In this document: positions 16,091 to 30,060 of the stretch, in pieces | Numbering within the stretch: position 1 is the first letter of the stretch | Layout: each line of letters starts with the position of its first letter | Origin: the human T2T-CHM13v2.0 reference genome, Homo sapiens | Strand: one strand, 5' to 3' | Length of the DNA: 64,000 bases | Assembly (NCBI RefSeq): GCF_009914755.1 | Contig: NC_060927.1 | Position numbers and translations under genes: made by a program | The notes under the pieces: model-generated | What the model saw: the letters and a program-made list of their open reading frames with translations, nothing else | The model's database searches: none | Told to the model about the DNA's origin: nothing

Positions 16091-19000
16091 CCCCACACAG
16101 TAGGGATTACAGCCATCTTAAAGGTGAAAGATTTGAAAAGCTGGATGTCTGACCACAGACCCTTTTCAGGGTGGGGTCTGGAAGGGAAAGAAGAAGGAAG
16201 AAGAGAGAAATGTTTTCTTTAGACTGTCTTTGTGATTCTCAAGCTTTGAGTGTGCAGGAGATTTACTGAATGGAGTTGTGTGGACAGGTCCAGAAGAATT
16301 GTGCTTGGCAAGTGGCTGAAGAGGCTCCTGCAAATCACTTTGACCACACAAGCTTCTTTCCTTCACTCACTGACTTGGAGGCTAACCCCTGAGGCAGAGG
16401 CAGCACTACAACTTCTTCTCCATGGAACTTCATCCCCATGGGGTCTCAGATGCTCAGTTTTCCGAAGGAACTTTCATCTCATGCATCGTACTGAGGAGAC
16501 AAAAAGGCCTGGGAAGCTGGTTATTTTGGTATCAGAAGCACTCAGAGGTGCTCTGAGCACCTCTCACAGAGCACTTCTCTCTCCGCCCAGGGGTGGACTT
16601 TCCTTTGAAGGACTAAACACAGTTCTGGAGTCTTTACTCCCCTTGACAACTGGGGAAAAGAAAAGAAGCCTAAGGACAGAAGTCCTGGTGAATATCACTT
16701 CAAAATCACATGGAGAAAAAAACCACACTGTGTCAGCTGTTCCCCACCCCTAAGATTATTTACTCTAAGAAAATAAATGCGTAACCCAGATGTTGGCTGG
16801 TTGAACCTCACTCCATGCCTTGAAGAAGTCCAAAGGCCTCTGTGAGCTATCCGTGGGTCTGTGGTCTCAGGGCAACCTTGGCCTCTGACTTTGGCATGAA
16901 ATGGCTGTTTTCTTTAACATACACATGCACACGTGAATACATACACACATGCACGTGCACACATGTTATACATATACACATGCATGTGCACAAATAGGCA
17001 CAAGTGCACAAACACATGTTCATGTGTGTATGGCCTATTCATATGAAGCCCTGTGTGCTGAAGCTTTGGGAGCGAGAGGCCCACTGGGAGGTTGTCTGCA
17101 CTGCAGAATGACAGCGAGTTCCCCTGGTCTTCTGCTCAGCTGGTTAGAAAGCAGCCCTTTGGTCTCTTCCTCCATGGCTTCTTGCTAGGCCTTGGGCCTA
17201 TGGCCCCAGCTGCAGCCTCCATCTCTGGCAATGGTGCCCCTTTCTCCACTCTCCCTCCACTCCACCCAAGCTGTCTCCTTGCCTTGCTTCAGGCAAGTTT
17301 CTCCTCTGCCAATTGCCACGTCCTTGAGTTCTGCTGGTACCACACCCTCAGGCCCCCCATACTCCAGGCTGCTCTTAACCAACTATCTTTCCAGTAAATG
17401 CTGCTTCCTCTCACAGAGCACTTCTGGTGATGTCACCTCCTTTACATACCCAAGGGAGACAGGCCCTTCTGAGCAGCACAGATCCAGCACCCCAAGCAGT
17501 ACCCGTCAGCCTTCAGGCCCCACCACACACCGCCTGAGCAGCCGGGGCAGACGCTCCTTCCCCTCCCCCACTCCCAAAGGACTTGACCACCCAGCACCCT
17601 TCCTGGGTCACCGGGCTCCTCCATGTCCAGTGTGGCACTATCAGCCCTGCCCAGCCTCCAGCATGGGGCCTGAAATGGGCCACCATCCAGCGGGCTCACA
17701 GGGACTCCCTCTGGGAGGCGGACTGGGGACTCAGTGGATCCAGGAAGAGCTGGACCACAGGAGAGGACAAAGACTGTGCAACAGGGCTTGTGTCCATGAA
17801 CAAAGGAGAGAAATGAGCGGGATGGTGGCTATGGGCAAGGTCCTAAGGGGAATTGTTAGAATGCAGTCTAAAAGAGGGTGCTAATGACCCCCGACACAGC
17901 CAGCGCTACAGCACCTTCCCTCTCCTCTCACTGCCGTGTGGGAGACTCAGCCACACTTGGGTTTTATTTGTTTCTTTGCTTGTGTTTGAGAAGTGGAACC
18001 AGCATTAAAGACCGGGATATTTCACATAAAGGTCAGGATTTCTAGCTGGTCTTTAAGAACCAGAACAGGTCATGTTGGGCCTCTGCTGCATGGTGACTAT
18101 CCACTGGCTAAGGGGAGCCATCCCCTCGGCCTGGGCTGTGCGTCCCCAGCTGGCCAGAGCCCCCAGGCCCAGCGATTTCCTTTCCTGCTACCAGCTCTCC
18201 TCACTTAGTTCCCCCCAGGCCAGGCCACCCGAACTCCAGACCCTGGTGAGAACCTCCTTAGCCCCCCTTGTCTGGACTCCGTGTCTCCAGCCATGGGGGT
18301 TTGGCTGTGCCCGCAGCCCGGTGCTAAGCACAGGCTGGGTCTGGGTGGGAGCTGGGCAGAGAGCCAGCGTCCCAGCTACCAAGCTGGGTCCTTACCATGT
18401 GGGGAGGAGCGCCGTGGCCTGGCTGGGACGGGGGCACCTTCCTGGCCAGCTCGTTGCTCTAAGCAGGGTATTGATCTCCCTGAAGCAGACTCTGAGATGG
18501 ACAGAGACATACAGGAAGCGCGCTGCCCTGGCAACCCACACTGCTGGAGGGCAGGCAGGAAGCGAATATCGGTGGAGGTACCGGTTGAGTCCAGCACAAC
18601 CCTGATGCAGGCCTTGACCACCCCCAAGGAGCTGGAAAGCTGGCGGCCTTGCAGAATTGACCCAAGATGGGGAGGCAGGGCCGGCCTCACTCCCTGGTGT
18701 CCATCAGTCACTGGAAGGACATATGGCCTTGTTTGAGCCAGTTCTCTTCAGCCAAGGAAATCCCCCAAAGGCTACCCCAAGCCCTGCTGGCCGCCAGGGG
18801 ACGACCACCTCATTCCAGCTGAGGGAGCTGCACGTCCCGGTGTCTGCCGCAGGCAGTGCTGACACAGAGCTGAGGGGAAATCCTCAAGTGCGACCCTGGC
18901 GCTCGGGGGTTCTGCCTGCCCTGGTTCTCTGTCTGTGGAAGTCATGGCTTGGTGTGGCTGGTATTAGGGCTCAGCGCGAAGGCCTCACAGGGGCATTTTC

Positions 19001-20067
19001 GGTGCAGCGGTTTAAGGGCTCTCTCCCGGGGAGTGGAGTGAGACTCCTACGTGGAAAGAAGTCTTTCTCCCCCATGATGAGGAAGCTCTGGGACCATTTC
19101 CCCAAAAACAGCAGCCTGAGCTCTCTCCGTGGGTTCTCCAAGCGGAAGGAGGACTTCATTCACATGCTGAGAAGTGTGCAGACAGAGAAGGACAGCACTG
19201 GCCTCACGGCAGGACAGCTCGGCAGGGAGGCTGGGCTCCAGGGAAGAAGCCAGAAGGAAGCCAAGCTGAGGTTGTGATCAGGGAGAGGGGATCGCTGGCC
19301 CAGGGTGAGGGCGGTGGCAGCTGGGGCATGTGGAAAGGGGAGAGAGAGAAAGGATGTGGCACCATAAGACTCACATCCTCCTCAGATGTGTGGAGAGCAG
19401 GCATCAAAGGTGAGACAACGCCAGTAATGGGCGCCACTGACTGGTCTAGGCAAGGCGTAGGCCTGAGGGACACCGTGACGTCAGGAGTCAATGAACTGCT
19501 TACATAAGGAATCTAGAACAAAACAATGCATGAAAGAACCTCTCTGAAGGGACAGGGAAATGGGGTTAGCTGAGTAACTCTGGACATGAGTGGAGCCTCT
19601 GAGAGGAAAGTGGAAGGACTGTACACAGCCCTGCGCTCTGGCCGGCGAAGCCACTTCTCCAGGTCAGCGCTGCTCATACCACAATGCGTGCATCCTGGAG
19701 CTGAGTGATTAATTAAGGAAGTGGGTGGCAACCAGTGGGAGCAAGCTTCTCCCTGCTGCGGTGAGAGTCACAGATAAGCAAGGGGCAGAGCCCAGGATGA
19801 CCCATGTGGCGACAGATTCGAGTTGGAGGTGTCAGTGGGAACCCACGTTTCTGCTTACCATAGGTGCAGATGGTTACATGCAGAAATGTCCCCAGAGGTG
19901 TTTATTAATCGGCGCACACATGTGTTTCTGTGCCTTGTTAGTTGAGAGGGCCTACAAGAAACGACACTCCCTAGCAAGGAGCACTGCTCATCCTGACCTT
20001 GGTGTCTAACACCGTTCCCCAAATAAAAGGAGATGGGTCCCTTAGGGGAATGGCTGGTTCTGGGACT

Positions 20068-20157
20068 AGGCAGAGAATGTACAAGATGATCCTGGTGCCT
20101 CTTGTAGCACCAGGCAGAGAATGTACAAGATGATCCTGGTGACTCTTATAGCACCAG
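20068..20157. repeat. 44-bp tandem duplication in an old L1M fragment
   Basis: aggcagagaatgtacaagatgatcctggtg(c/a)ctctt(g/a)tagcacc occurs twice, starting at 20068 and 20112. Confidence 0.9.
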
Positions 20158-20844
20158 AACGTCAGGAAGTGCTCAGAGAACAAAACCCCAGTGATAAGGG
20201 TGCCCAGGAGCCAACGGAGAGAGTGCTCAATGGCCAAGGCAGGAGCCATTTGAGCAACAAGGTATACAACATGGTATGGGACTATAACCCTGAGCCCGTT
20301 TGTCCCGCAAAAATGGAACACCAAAGACTGGGCAGTTCATCAAGAACAGAAATGCATTTCTCCCAGGTTGGAAGGCCAAGGCCAAGGCACCGGCATTTGG
20401 CCTGGTGAGGGCTTCGTGCTGTACCCTCACACTGCAGAAGGCAGAGGGGCAAGCCTGACACCACCCCCTCCATCAGGCCTGTTTATGGGGGCACAGATCC
20501 CCTCCCAGCAGGAGCCCTCCTGGCCTAATCACCTTGTAAAGGCCTCACCTCTTAACACTGCACATTGGCAACACCTGAATTTTGGAGGCTCACATTTAAA
20601 CCATAGCAAACCAGAAGTATAAAATACACATCACTGAGACCTGGGGCCCAAGCTCCAGGCAGCCCTTTTGCCCAGGCCTGGCTGCAGGCTATGGCCCCAG
20701 CTAGAAACTCAGGGAGGTTTCACTCCTGCTACCGAATGAATGTGACCCCAGCATTGGATAGCACAGATGGCCCGTGCACAATGTGGCGACATCACAGCCC
20801 CTACAAAGAGCCCCTACTAAGTTCACAGTGTCCTCAGAGCAGGG

Positions 20845-21222
20845 AGTCTTAGTTTGCTTAGGCTACCATAGCAAAATCAGAGAAGGGGGGGTGGGAGTAA
20901 ACAACAGACGCTTATTTCCTCACGGCTCTGGAGGCTGGAAGTCCAAGAGCAAGATGCCGCAGGGTAGGTTTCTCCTGCAGTCTCTCTCCTTGGTTTGTAG
21001 ATGCCACCTTCTCCCTGTGTCCTCACATGGTCTTCCATCTGTGTGTGTCTGTGTCCTAATCCCCTTTTTTAAGAAGTCTTAATGGATTAGGGCTCACCTC
21101 AATGACCTCATTTTACCCTAATCACCTCTGCAAGACCCTGTCTCCAAATAGAGTCCTTTTCTTAGGCATTGGAGGTTAGGACTTCAACACATGAATTTTG
21201 GGGGACACAATGCAGCTCACAA
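20845..21222 (-). mobile_element. MLT1A/B-like MaLR LTR; another MaLR fragment at ~20290-20605
   Basis: ctctggaggctggaagtccaag...aatcacctctgcaagaccctgtctccaaata...gaattttgggggacaca. Confidence 0.75.
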
Positions 21223-22539
21223 TGGGGCTTCCACACACTCTCAAGCCCCACTGTGGGCTAGTCCCTGAACCATCTCCACCCTGCTCTCTCTCACCTGCTC
21301 AGCTTCCCACTTGTCCATCGCCACCGCGGCCCACTCTGGAGGCTGGTTTCTGCCAGGCACATCCATGTACTTCACCAGCATCCTCAGGGTGAGGGCAGTG
21401 CAGGGTCCCAGGCTGGGGCTGGGGAGGGTCTTCCTGAAGGCCCAACTCTCCCTACACCACTGGGCCCCTGCAGCTCACCTGCCCAACATCTTCCAAGGTC
21501 CCTTCAAGGCACGTTGGCCACTTCCAGCCACCACAGCTGCTCTGGAATCTCATCCTCATCCAGAGACAGGCAAAAAGAAACTCCCCAAACTCCAGAAGCT
21601 AAAGTCCAGGCCAAGAATTTTTGGGCTGAGAAGTCCCAGGGCACTCTCTCCTCCTCTATTCTCTTCCCAAACCAAGCTCCTACTGTCCTTCAGGAGGGAG
21701 GCAAAGCTTCTGCTGTCTGGAAGCGGGTAGAAGTTGAATCCTGGAGGGGGCTGGAGGTGTTCACCTCGGGTGAACCCTCTGCACATAGGGTCATGGCAGC
21801 CCTTCCAGGTTTCTATCCTCTCCCATCAGTCCAACCCGGAGGTGGGAAAGGGGCTTGGGCTTGAGATGGGACAACCTGGCCTTCTCTGCCCTAGGCTAGG
21901 CACCTGGCTACAGAGTGAATTCCTCCCAGTTCCTCTGGAGCCAGCTCACTCACAAGCTACCCCTCAGATGGAAAACACCCCATCTCCTCTGGCACTTTCC
22001 TTCCCAGGCTGAGGACTTACATCCTCCAACCTTCACTAACTTCTGGGGAGGTCAGCCAGGTTCAAGGGCACTGGACAAGGCAAGAATGACATGACTGTAT
22101 AGCTCCCCTCACCCCCTGAGCCGTCCTCTGCCCAGTGTTTGTCAAGCTTCCTTCCTGCCTCCTAAGAGATCGGGAGTGGGCCAGGAAAGCGGCCCTGCCC
22201 CAGCCCTGCTGCTATCAACTGGCTCAAAGGTGGGGAGGCCACTGGTCTGACCAGTTGGCTATCAATCGTAAATCACTGGGTTGAGCCCTCTTGTTGGATC
22301 CACATTTATGCACACTCTGCTCCAGCTCTTCCTGGTAGGATGGGAAGTTACTCTCCAATCCCTGGCTGATTTGGCTGACCAGGCAGGCTGCAATCCCCTG
22401 AGCTATAGCTCAGAGGCTATAGCCCCTCTGAGCACCCTTCTTTCAGAATCTGGCATCAGACTCCAGTGTGCAGCAGATGCTGTGGCTGTCAGAGCTCATG
22501 TGGAAGCCCTTGTATCTAAGAACCTGAGTCTTTTGGGAT

Positions 22540-22849
<310 letters not shown>

Positions 22850-23029
22850 TAAATGGATTTCACTGGTAAGCTTCCCTCCTGTTTCTTATGTCTGACTCTC
22901 CCTTAGGGGGCCCGCCTGGCACCCAGCAATGCGCTAAGTGCTTTTCCCATCTAACACAAGAACCCTCCTGCTTCATCCATGCAGGGCACCAAATACTGTA
23001 TCATCTCTCTAATTAAAATTTAAATTACA

Positions 23030-23890
23030 GCATCTGTGAGTTTTCCAGGGCTGCTGTAACAAAGTACGACAGCCTGAGGGCTTCAACAGACATTTGCGTT
23101 TTCACAGTTTTGGAGGCTGCAAGTCCTCGATCAAGGTGTGTGTAGACTGGCGGGTTCCCTTTAAGGCCCTGAAGGTCTGTCTGTCCTGGGCCCTCGCCTA
23201 GCTTCTGCTGGTGGTTGGAGCCCTTCAGCATTACTGACCTCCCGCTCATGTTCACGTGGCATTCTCCTTGTGCATGGCAGCTCCCAGCTCCCCTTTTATG
23301 AAGATCCTCATCACATAGAATTCAGGGATGTTATGGGCTGAGTTCTGTCTCCCAAAATTCATATATCTAAGTCCTAACCCCCAGAACCTCAGAATGGAAC
23401 CAAATTTGGAATTAGGCCTTTAAACAGGCCATAAAGTGAAAATGAGGCCTTTAAAAGTAGCCCTTAATCCAACCTGACTGGGGTGCTTGTAAGAAGAGGG
23501 GGTTGGGACACACAAAGAGACCCCAGAGATGCAAGTGCACAGAGGAATGACAACATGGGGACACAGCGAAAAGGCGGCCAGCTGCACGGCAGAGAGAGAC
23601 AGGCCGTGGGAGAATCCAACCCTGCTGACGCATTGACCTCCAACTTCCAGCCTCTGGAACTGTGGGGAAATGAACCTCTGTTGTTTAAGCCACTCATATG
23701 GGGCATTCTGTTACGCAGCCTCAGCTGACTCATACAAGGGCCCATCCTACTCCAGAATGACTCCAGGATGACCACATCCTAACTATTACATCTGCAGTGA
23801 CCCTATCTTTAAATGAGGTCACATTTGGAGACACTGGTGATTTGGACTTTGAGATATAAATTTTGGGGGACATGATTCAACCTGTAACCT
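23030..23890. mobile_element. Minus-strand MLT1 LTR with a plus-strand MLT1A-type LTR (23329-23736) nested in it
   Basis: Inner element runs tgttatgggctga...ctcataca, flanked by aggga/agggc; the host LTR resumes after it. Confidence 0.75.
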
Positions 23891-24239
23891 AGTGTTTCTG
23901 GGCCCTGGCCCTGGCATCCCCATCCCAAGCAATGTCTGGGAATACTGACTTGCCCTGGACTTCCTGCAGAGGGTCATTTTTCACACTTGTCATCCTCAGT
24001 CCCTGGCATGGCTCAACCCCACCTTCTCCTGCCCTCCCTACTGGTTCCACACACAGACCTGCCTTGTATGAGCTACTTATTGCTACTTACCAACTACCCA
24101 AAACTTAGGCTTAAAACAACCACCATCTTCTTTGCTCTCACTCCTGTGGTCTGACCATCTGGTCTGGGCTGAGCCATGGTCCTTACACTGGGGCACGTTG
24201 TGTGGCTAAAGTCATCTAGGGATGTCTTCAGCTGAGGCT

Positions 24240-24455
24240 TGAGCAGAACTCAGCAAACTGCAAACCCGTCTACCATCTGTTTGTGTAAATAAAGTTTTAT
24301 TGGCACACAGCCAGGCTCATACAGTTATGTGTTGCCAGTGACTGCTTCATGCTGCAACAGCAGTTGATGAGGTGAGACAGAAACTGCATGTGGCCACACA
24401 AAGCCTAAAATATCTATTATCTTGCTCTTTATACAAAAGCTTGCTGAGCCCTGGT
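24240..24455. mobile_element. MER58A (hAT-Charlie) MITE within an MLT1 fragment
   Basis: gtaaataaagttttattggcacacagcc...aagcctaaaatat...gctgagccctg. Confidence 0.7.
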
Positions 24456-25254
24456 CTCAGGCTGTGTCACTCCCTCGCTCGGTGGCCAACGGTCACCCAG
24501 AGGGACTCATCCTCACAAGGCCTGCCCAGGATTCCTCATGGGGGCTGGGGTGCTCTCGGGGTTCCAATAGCTCACAAAATGTCAGTCCAAAATTCAAAGG
24601 GTGGGGATATGGGTCCCCCCTTGACAGGAGAGTCACAGCACATCACCAAGGACCACACATACAGGGGTGGGAGGAGCCATTGCCACCTTCCTTGCAAATG
24701 TCATTCATGTGTCTTCCTTTGAATGGGCCAAGCACAGCTAAGTCAAGGCCATGATGCTTGACAGAGCCTGACTGACCGCTTGGGGAAGCAGAGAATCAGA
24801 ACACAGAGCAACCTCCCTATGGCCAGTTGTGTTCTTAGGGCTCAGGGCTCCCACATAGGGACCCACACGTGTTCCCAGGTTCCTCCCATCCAACCAGTAG
24901 CTCCTGCCTCCCACACCTCTGTGCCCCAGGCTCTTGCTACTAGAACTGAGGACTACACTTCCCACAGTGACCCCAGCAGGGCCCAGAGCCATTCACCCCA
25001 CAGCTGCACACAGCACAGCTCAGCAAACAAATACTGGGCTCCACCTGGGGCAGAACAGAGGCGAAGTCCAGGGAGGGCTAGACATGAGGGCCCTCTATGC
25101 CCCCATATAGTAGTAATCCCCTCTGTCTGTCTATTGCATCAGCATCGTTCTCTCTGATCACAGAAAATTCCACTAATTTGGTAAAGAAAGACAGACAGCC
25201 AGGACCCCAAGGCCATCTTTTTATGGCTTGCTTTCCTTGAGAAAGATACAGACC

Positions 25255-25720
25255 TTGCATAGAGTTGGCTAGGGCTGCCAGAGCACTACACACTAGGGGC
25301 CGCAGATGTCTCTTGTCTCACAGTTCTGGGGGAAGGAAGTCCAGGATGAAACTGCGGCCAGGGATGTCTGCTTCTGAGATAGCGTCTGTTCCAAGTCCCC
25401 CTCCTGGCTCCTGCTATTTGCTGCCAATCCTTGGAGTTCCTTATCTTGTAGGCTGTCACCCTGATCTCCACCTTCATGACCACTTGGGGTTCCCCCATGT
25501 GTGTGTCTGTGTCCAAATGTCCCCTTTTTATAAGGACGCCAGTCATATTGCATTAGAGAGACCCACCCTACTCCAGTGCAACCTCATCTTAAATAATTAC
25601 ATCTGCAACAACTCTAGCTCCGAACAAGTTCACATTCTGAAGTACTGGGAGTTAGGGCTGTAACTCCCAGTACAGTTAGAGTTAGAACATATCTCTTCTT
25701 GGTGGGGGCACTTTTCAACA
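25255..25720 (-). mobile_element. MLT1B/C-like MaLR LTR
   Basis: ctcacagttctgg...cttttataaggacgccagtcatattg...cacattctgaagtactggg. Confidence 0.75.
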
Positions 25721-26331
25721 GTAACGCACTGTGTCTTGGAAGCTAAGTGGTAGGATGGGCCCAGCCTGTGCTGCATGGTCCACCCCACTGTGCCCCAGAT
25801 GGGGGAGGGGCGGGACCTAGGGCCACATCTTGTCAATATGGAGCAGGGAAGTTCCCAGACATTGGGATCCTGGGCTCCCTACACAAGAGTGAAGAGGGAA
25901 GTCAGGGGGGACAGGAGGAGAGCGGGAGGGGAGGGATAGAAGGCCGGCAGGCTCCGAGGGCCAGCACACACTCTCACAGCTCACAGCAACACTGCTGTCT
26001 CCGGCTGCATCTTAACAGAAAACTGAGGCTCAGAGAGACACATTTTGAGTGAGAGGCTGGGCCAGGACAGGAACTCAGGCCTGCATGACTCCAAATCACT
26101 TCAAGAAGGAGGTGGGCTTTCTACCTATCCTTTGAAATTCCTCTCCTGCACCTCCCTGGACTGTGCCACTTCTGAATAAAAAGCCATCATTTTATGAGGC
26201 AAAGAAAATGCTACGGTTCTGGGAAGGAAAATATTCTTATGTGGAAAAGAGGGGTCAAGGCTTGGGACCCTCTGACAACTAGGTCATGGCTGATTCCGAC
26301 ATAAGAGAAGGAGGTTTTTAAGATTCTAGAA

Positions 26332-26517
26332 CAGGGGTTGGCAAGCCGCACTCTAGAGTCAAATCCCACTGCTGTCTGTCTCTGTGCAAGCTGGGAACTG
26401 TATTTGCATTTTTAAAGGGTTGTAAGAGACAAGAATTCAAACAAATAATTGCGGCAGAGACCACGTGTGGCCTGTAAAGCCTAAAACATTTACTATCCGG
26501 CCCTTCACAAGAAAAAG
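26332..26517. mobile_element. MER58-family hAT fragment
   Basis: caggggttggcaa end; aaagcctaaaacatttactatccggcccttcaca. Confidence 0.65.
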
Positions 26518-26534
26518 CCAGAGCAATATGGAAA

Positions 26535-27191
26535 GCGGGGCTGGGAGTGCACGGGCGGAGTGGGGAAGGGAGTCCACGGGCCGGACTGGGGCTGGGAGTG
26601 CACGGGTGGGAGTGGGGCTGGGAGTGCATGGGCCAGAATGGGGAAGGGAGTGCAAGGGCTGGAGTGGGGAAGAGAGTCCATAGTCCAGAGTGGGGAAGGG
26701 AGTGCACAGGCCGGAGTGGAGAAGGGAGTCCACCGGCTGGAGCAGCGCTGGGCATCCATGGGCCAGTGGGGAAGGGAGTGCATGGGCCTGAGTGGGGAAG
26801 GGATACTATGGGCCGGAGTGGGGAAGGGAGTCTATGGGCCGGAGTGGGGAAGGGAGTCCACAGGCCGGAGTGGGACTGGGAGTGCATGAGCTGCAGTGGG
26901 GAGGGAGTACATGGGCCGGAGTAGGGGAGGGAGTACACGGGCCGGAGTGGGGAAGAGGGTACACGGGCCGGAGTAGGGAAGGAAGTCCAGAGTGGGGAGT
27001 GGGGAAGGGAGTGCACAGGCCAGAGTGGGGCTGGGAGTGCATGGGCCAGAGTAGGGAAGGGAGTGCACAGGCTGGAGTGGGGCTGGGAGTCCACAGGCAG
27101 GAGTGGGGAAGGGAATGCACGGGCCGGAGTGGTGAGGGGAGTCCATGGGCCGGAGTGGGGAAGGGAGTGCACAGGCAGAGTGGGGCTGGGG
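26535..27191. repeat. G-rich minisatellite, 26-bp unit GGGCCGGAGTGGGG(AA/CT)GGGAGT(G/C)CA(C/T), about 25 diverged copies
   Basis: Direct reading; it explains the repetitive ORFs in all frames here. Confidence 0.93.
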
Positions 27192-27644
27192 GCAGCCCAG
27201 GGCCTGCCTGACTCTTCCTCAGAGCCCGTGGCTGGCACTGCCTGGGGCAGCAGGGGCTGAGTGCCCCCTCAGCAAGACCAGCGAGCCCTCAGGAAGGCAT
27301 GAGAACATGTGCTCCTGGAAGCCACAGAAACATCCAGGAGATGGAGACCTTTGCAAGCTAAGCAGGCCAGGTTACTTTGACCTTGAGGGCAATGGAGGTA
27401 TATTTTACCAGAGGTGGAAGTCCTGGGAGCCCCACTGTGAATCCTCTGGGTTCCATCCATTCTCCTTCTCTGGGTAGCAGCAAACCCATTAAGTCAAACA
27501 CTGCAAGCAGCACCACAAGCCCAAATATAAGAGAGGGTGAACAGGGCCTGCCTGTGCCCTGGGGGCTGGGCCGCATTGCTTCTACATCCCTACTTCTATG
27601 CCTTGTGGTGTTCATGTCCCTCCAAAGATGTCTATACATTTCCC

Positions 27645-28340
27645 AAGAAGCAATAGGTAGCTAGTCAGACATGAGCAGGGCAGGAGAGGGCCTCACACCC
27701 CAGAATGTCAGGCCACCATCAGGTGATGATCAGGTGGTTGTTACACTGTCTTTCCAAAATAATAATTGGTTGCAGCCATCACCAGGGAAAGGCGGTCTCC
27801 CAATAGATAGAAAAAACCTGAAACTGGTGATCAGCAACTTCGCGATAAGATCTCAGGAGTTGGGCGAGTGGGCTCAAGCATACACACTAAGAGGCAAAAT
27901 GGCAGAGTTGAACTGCTTTATGACCTTCCAGGGAGATGTGACTGGGAAGGGAAGAATGCCTCAAGTGAGCATGTGCACAATTTCAGTAAACACACTGCGC
28001 ACCCCGGAGTGCGGGCAGGTCACTGTGCATGCAGACAGCCTACCCCAAGGGAAGAATCAGGGGAGAAGAGACACAACCCCCTGGAAGCCTGCCAACATAT
28101 AAATTTCAAGTCAATGGTCAAACCACATACTTGATCTCTCAAGTTGCCCACTTGGCCCTCTTCCAAGTGTACTTTACCTCCTTTCATTCCTGCTCTAAAA
28201 CTTTCTTAATAAACTTTCACTCCTGCTTAAAAACTTGCCTGGGTGTCTCTCACTATGTCTTCTGTCCCTCGGTCGGATTCTTCTGAGGAGACTAGAACTG
28301 GGGTTGCTGCAAACCCGTACAGATTTGCCGCCACTAACAT
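27645..28340 (+). mobile_element. ERV1 LTR, MER50-like
   Basis: gtcagacatgagcagggcaggagaggg near the start; AATAAA near 28208; ends gccgccactaaca followed by a PBS-like remnant (tacgttggtgactc). Confidence 0.72.
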
Positions 28341-29094
28341 ACGTTGGTGACTCACATACATTCTGCTGCTAACAATAACATCTTTCCGGTCACCTTGTTT
28401 TCTGAGCTCCTGATTCCATGCTGGCTCTCTGTGTTCTACACGACACCAACCTGGACCCATGGGAAAACAGCTCCTCTTCCTGGACGCCTCCACCCAGCTG
28501 CCTGTCCGCTCTCACCCTGCCCACTCTCTTCTTGCACTTGGTCCTTTCCCCCCAACTCCTCCCATGTTTTCATGCTATGCAACTTTGCGACAACCTCACT
28601 CTGAGGACTCACCTCATACATGCCTTTAACCTACATGAGTTGAACTATAGTAATTTCCAAAATATGAGGGAGGAAAATATGTATTGGTTTAAATTGTGTG
28701 GGATAATTCTTCCCCTCATTCCCTTCCATATGCCCAGGGATTAGCCTGGGGGTAGGAGATTAAAATTTGCTACTTCATTCCTTGACTCCTGTTATGGTAG
28801 CACTAGTTTCTAGCTTCCTTTACATTGATCCTAATGTTGATGGGTAGGTATTTGTGATACAAAGTTAGCTGCCTCTGAATGCAAGCCAACTACTCATCTG
28901 ACCTAAGGGGAAGGGTGATGTATCTGTGATGGACGTGCAGGGGGATAAAACGTCAGTGTTGGCCGACACGTGGCATACTGTGCTCTAGGGACGATTTAAG
29001 AAAATCTTCAAAAGTAATTTTAGTTAACTGGGATTTCACCTTCTGAGCTGGTTTTAGAATTCAACTCTCTTTTAAGACATGGCTCTACTTACTT

Positions 29095-30060
29095 ATTTTT
29101 TTTATTTAGTAGACTTTATTTTTTGAGCAGTTTTAGGTTCACAGCAAAATCAAGTAGAAAGTAGAGATTTCACACCAGAGTGGTCCCTGTTTTAGCTGAT
29201 GAACAGACACTGATATCATTATCACCTGGAGTCCACAGTTTAAATTAGGGTTCACTCCTAGTGGTGTACATTCTGTGGGTTTTGACAAACGTATCCACCA
29301 TTGTAGTATGACACAGAATAGCATCACTGCCCTAAAAATCCTCTGTGTTCTGCCTGTTCATCCCTCCCTCTCCCATAACCACTGGAAACCACTGATCTGT
29401 TTCCTGTCTCCATAGTTTTGCTTTTTCCAGATTGTCACAGAGTTGGAATCATCCAGTATGTAGCCTTTTCATATTCACTTAGTAACAAGCATTTAAATTT
29501 CTTCCATGTCTTTTTATGCTTGATAGCTCATTTCTTTTTAGTGCTGAATGATATTCCATCGTCTCGATGTACCACAGTTTATCCATTCACCTACTGAAGG
29601 ACATGTTGGTTGCTTCCAAGTTTTGGCATTATGAGTAAAGGTGCTATCAATATCTGCATGCAGGTTTTTGTGTGGACATAAGTTTTCAATTCATTTGGGT
29701 AAATACCAAGTAGCAAAATTGCTGGATCATATAAGAATATGTTTAGTTTTGTAAGAAATTGACGAGTTGTCTTCCAAGGTAGCTGTGCCATTTGGCCTTC
29801 CCACCAGCAATGACTGAGAGTTGCTCCACATCATCGCCAGCATTTGATATTGTCAGTGTTTTGGGTTTGGCTATTCTAACAGGCATGTGGAGGTAGCTCG
29901 TTGCTGTTTTCCCTGATGACATATGATGTTGAGTATCTTTTCATATGCATATTTGCCATCTCTAAATCTTCTTTGGCAAAATGTCTGTTCAGATCTTTTG
30001 AACATTTTTGAATCAAGGTGTTCATTTTCTTATTGTTGCATTTTAAGAGTTGTTTTGTTG
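29095..30060 (-). mobile_element. L1MB/L1MC 3' fragment
   Basis: agactttattttttgagcagttttaggttcacagcaaaat; degenerate ORF2 tail ([24 protein letters not shown]). Confidence 0.8.

Noticed and set aside
26318-27260. 306-aa and other repetitive ORFs; CRISPR-like appearance of the 26-bp repeats
   Set aside because: Head-to-tail minisatellite without unique spacers or cas genes, in mammalian DNA; the ORFs arise from stop-poor repeat units.
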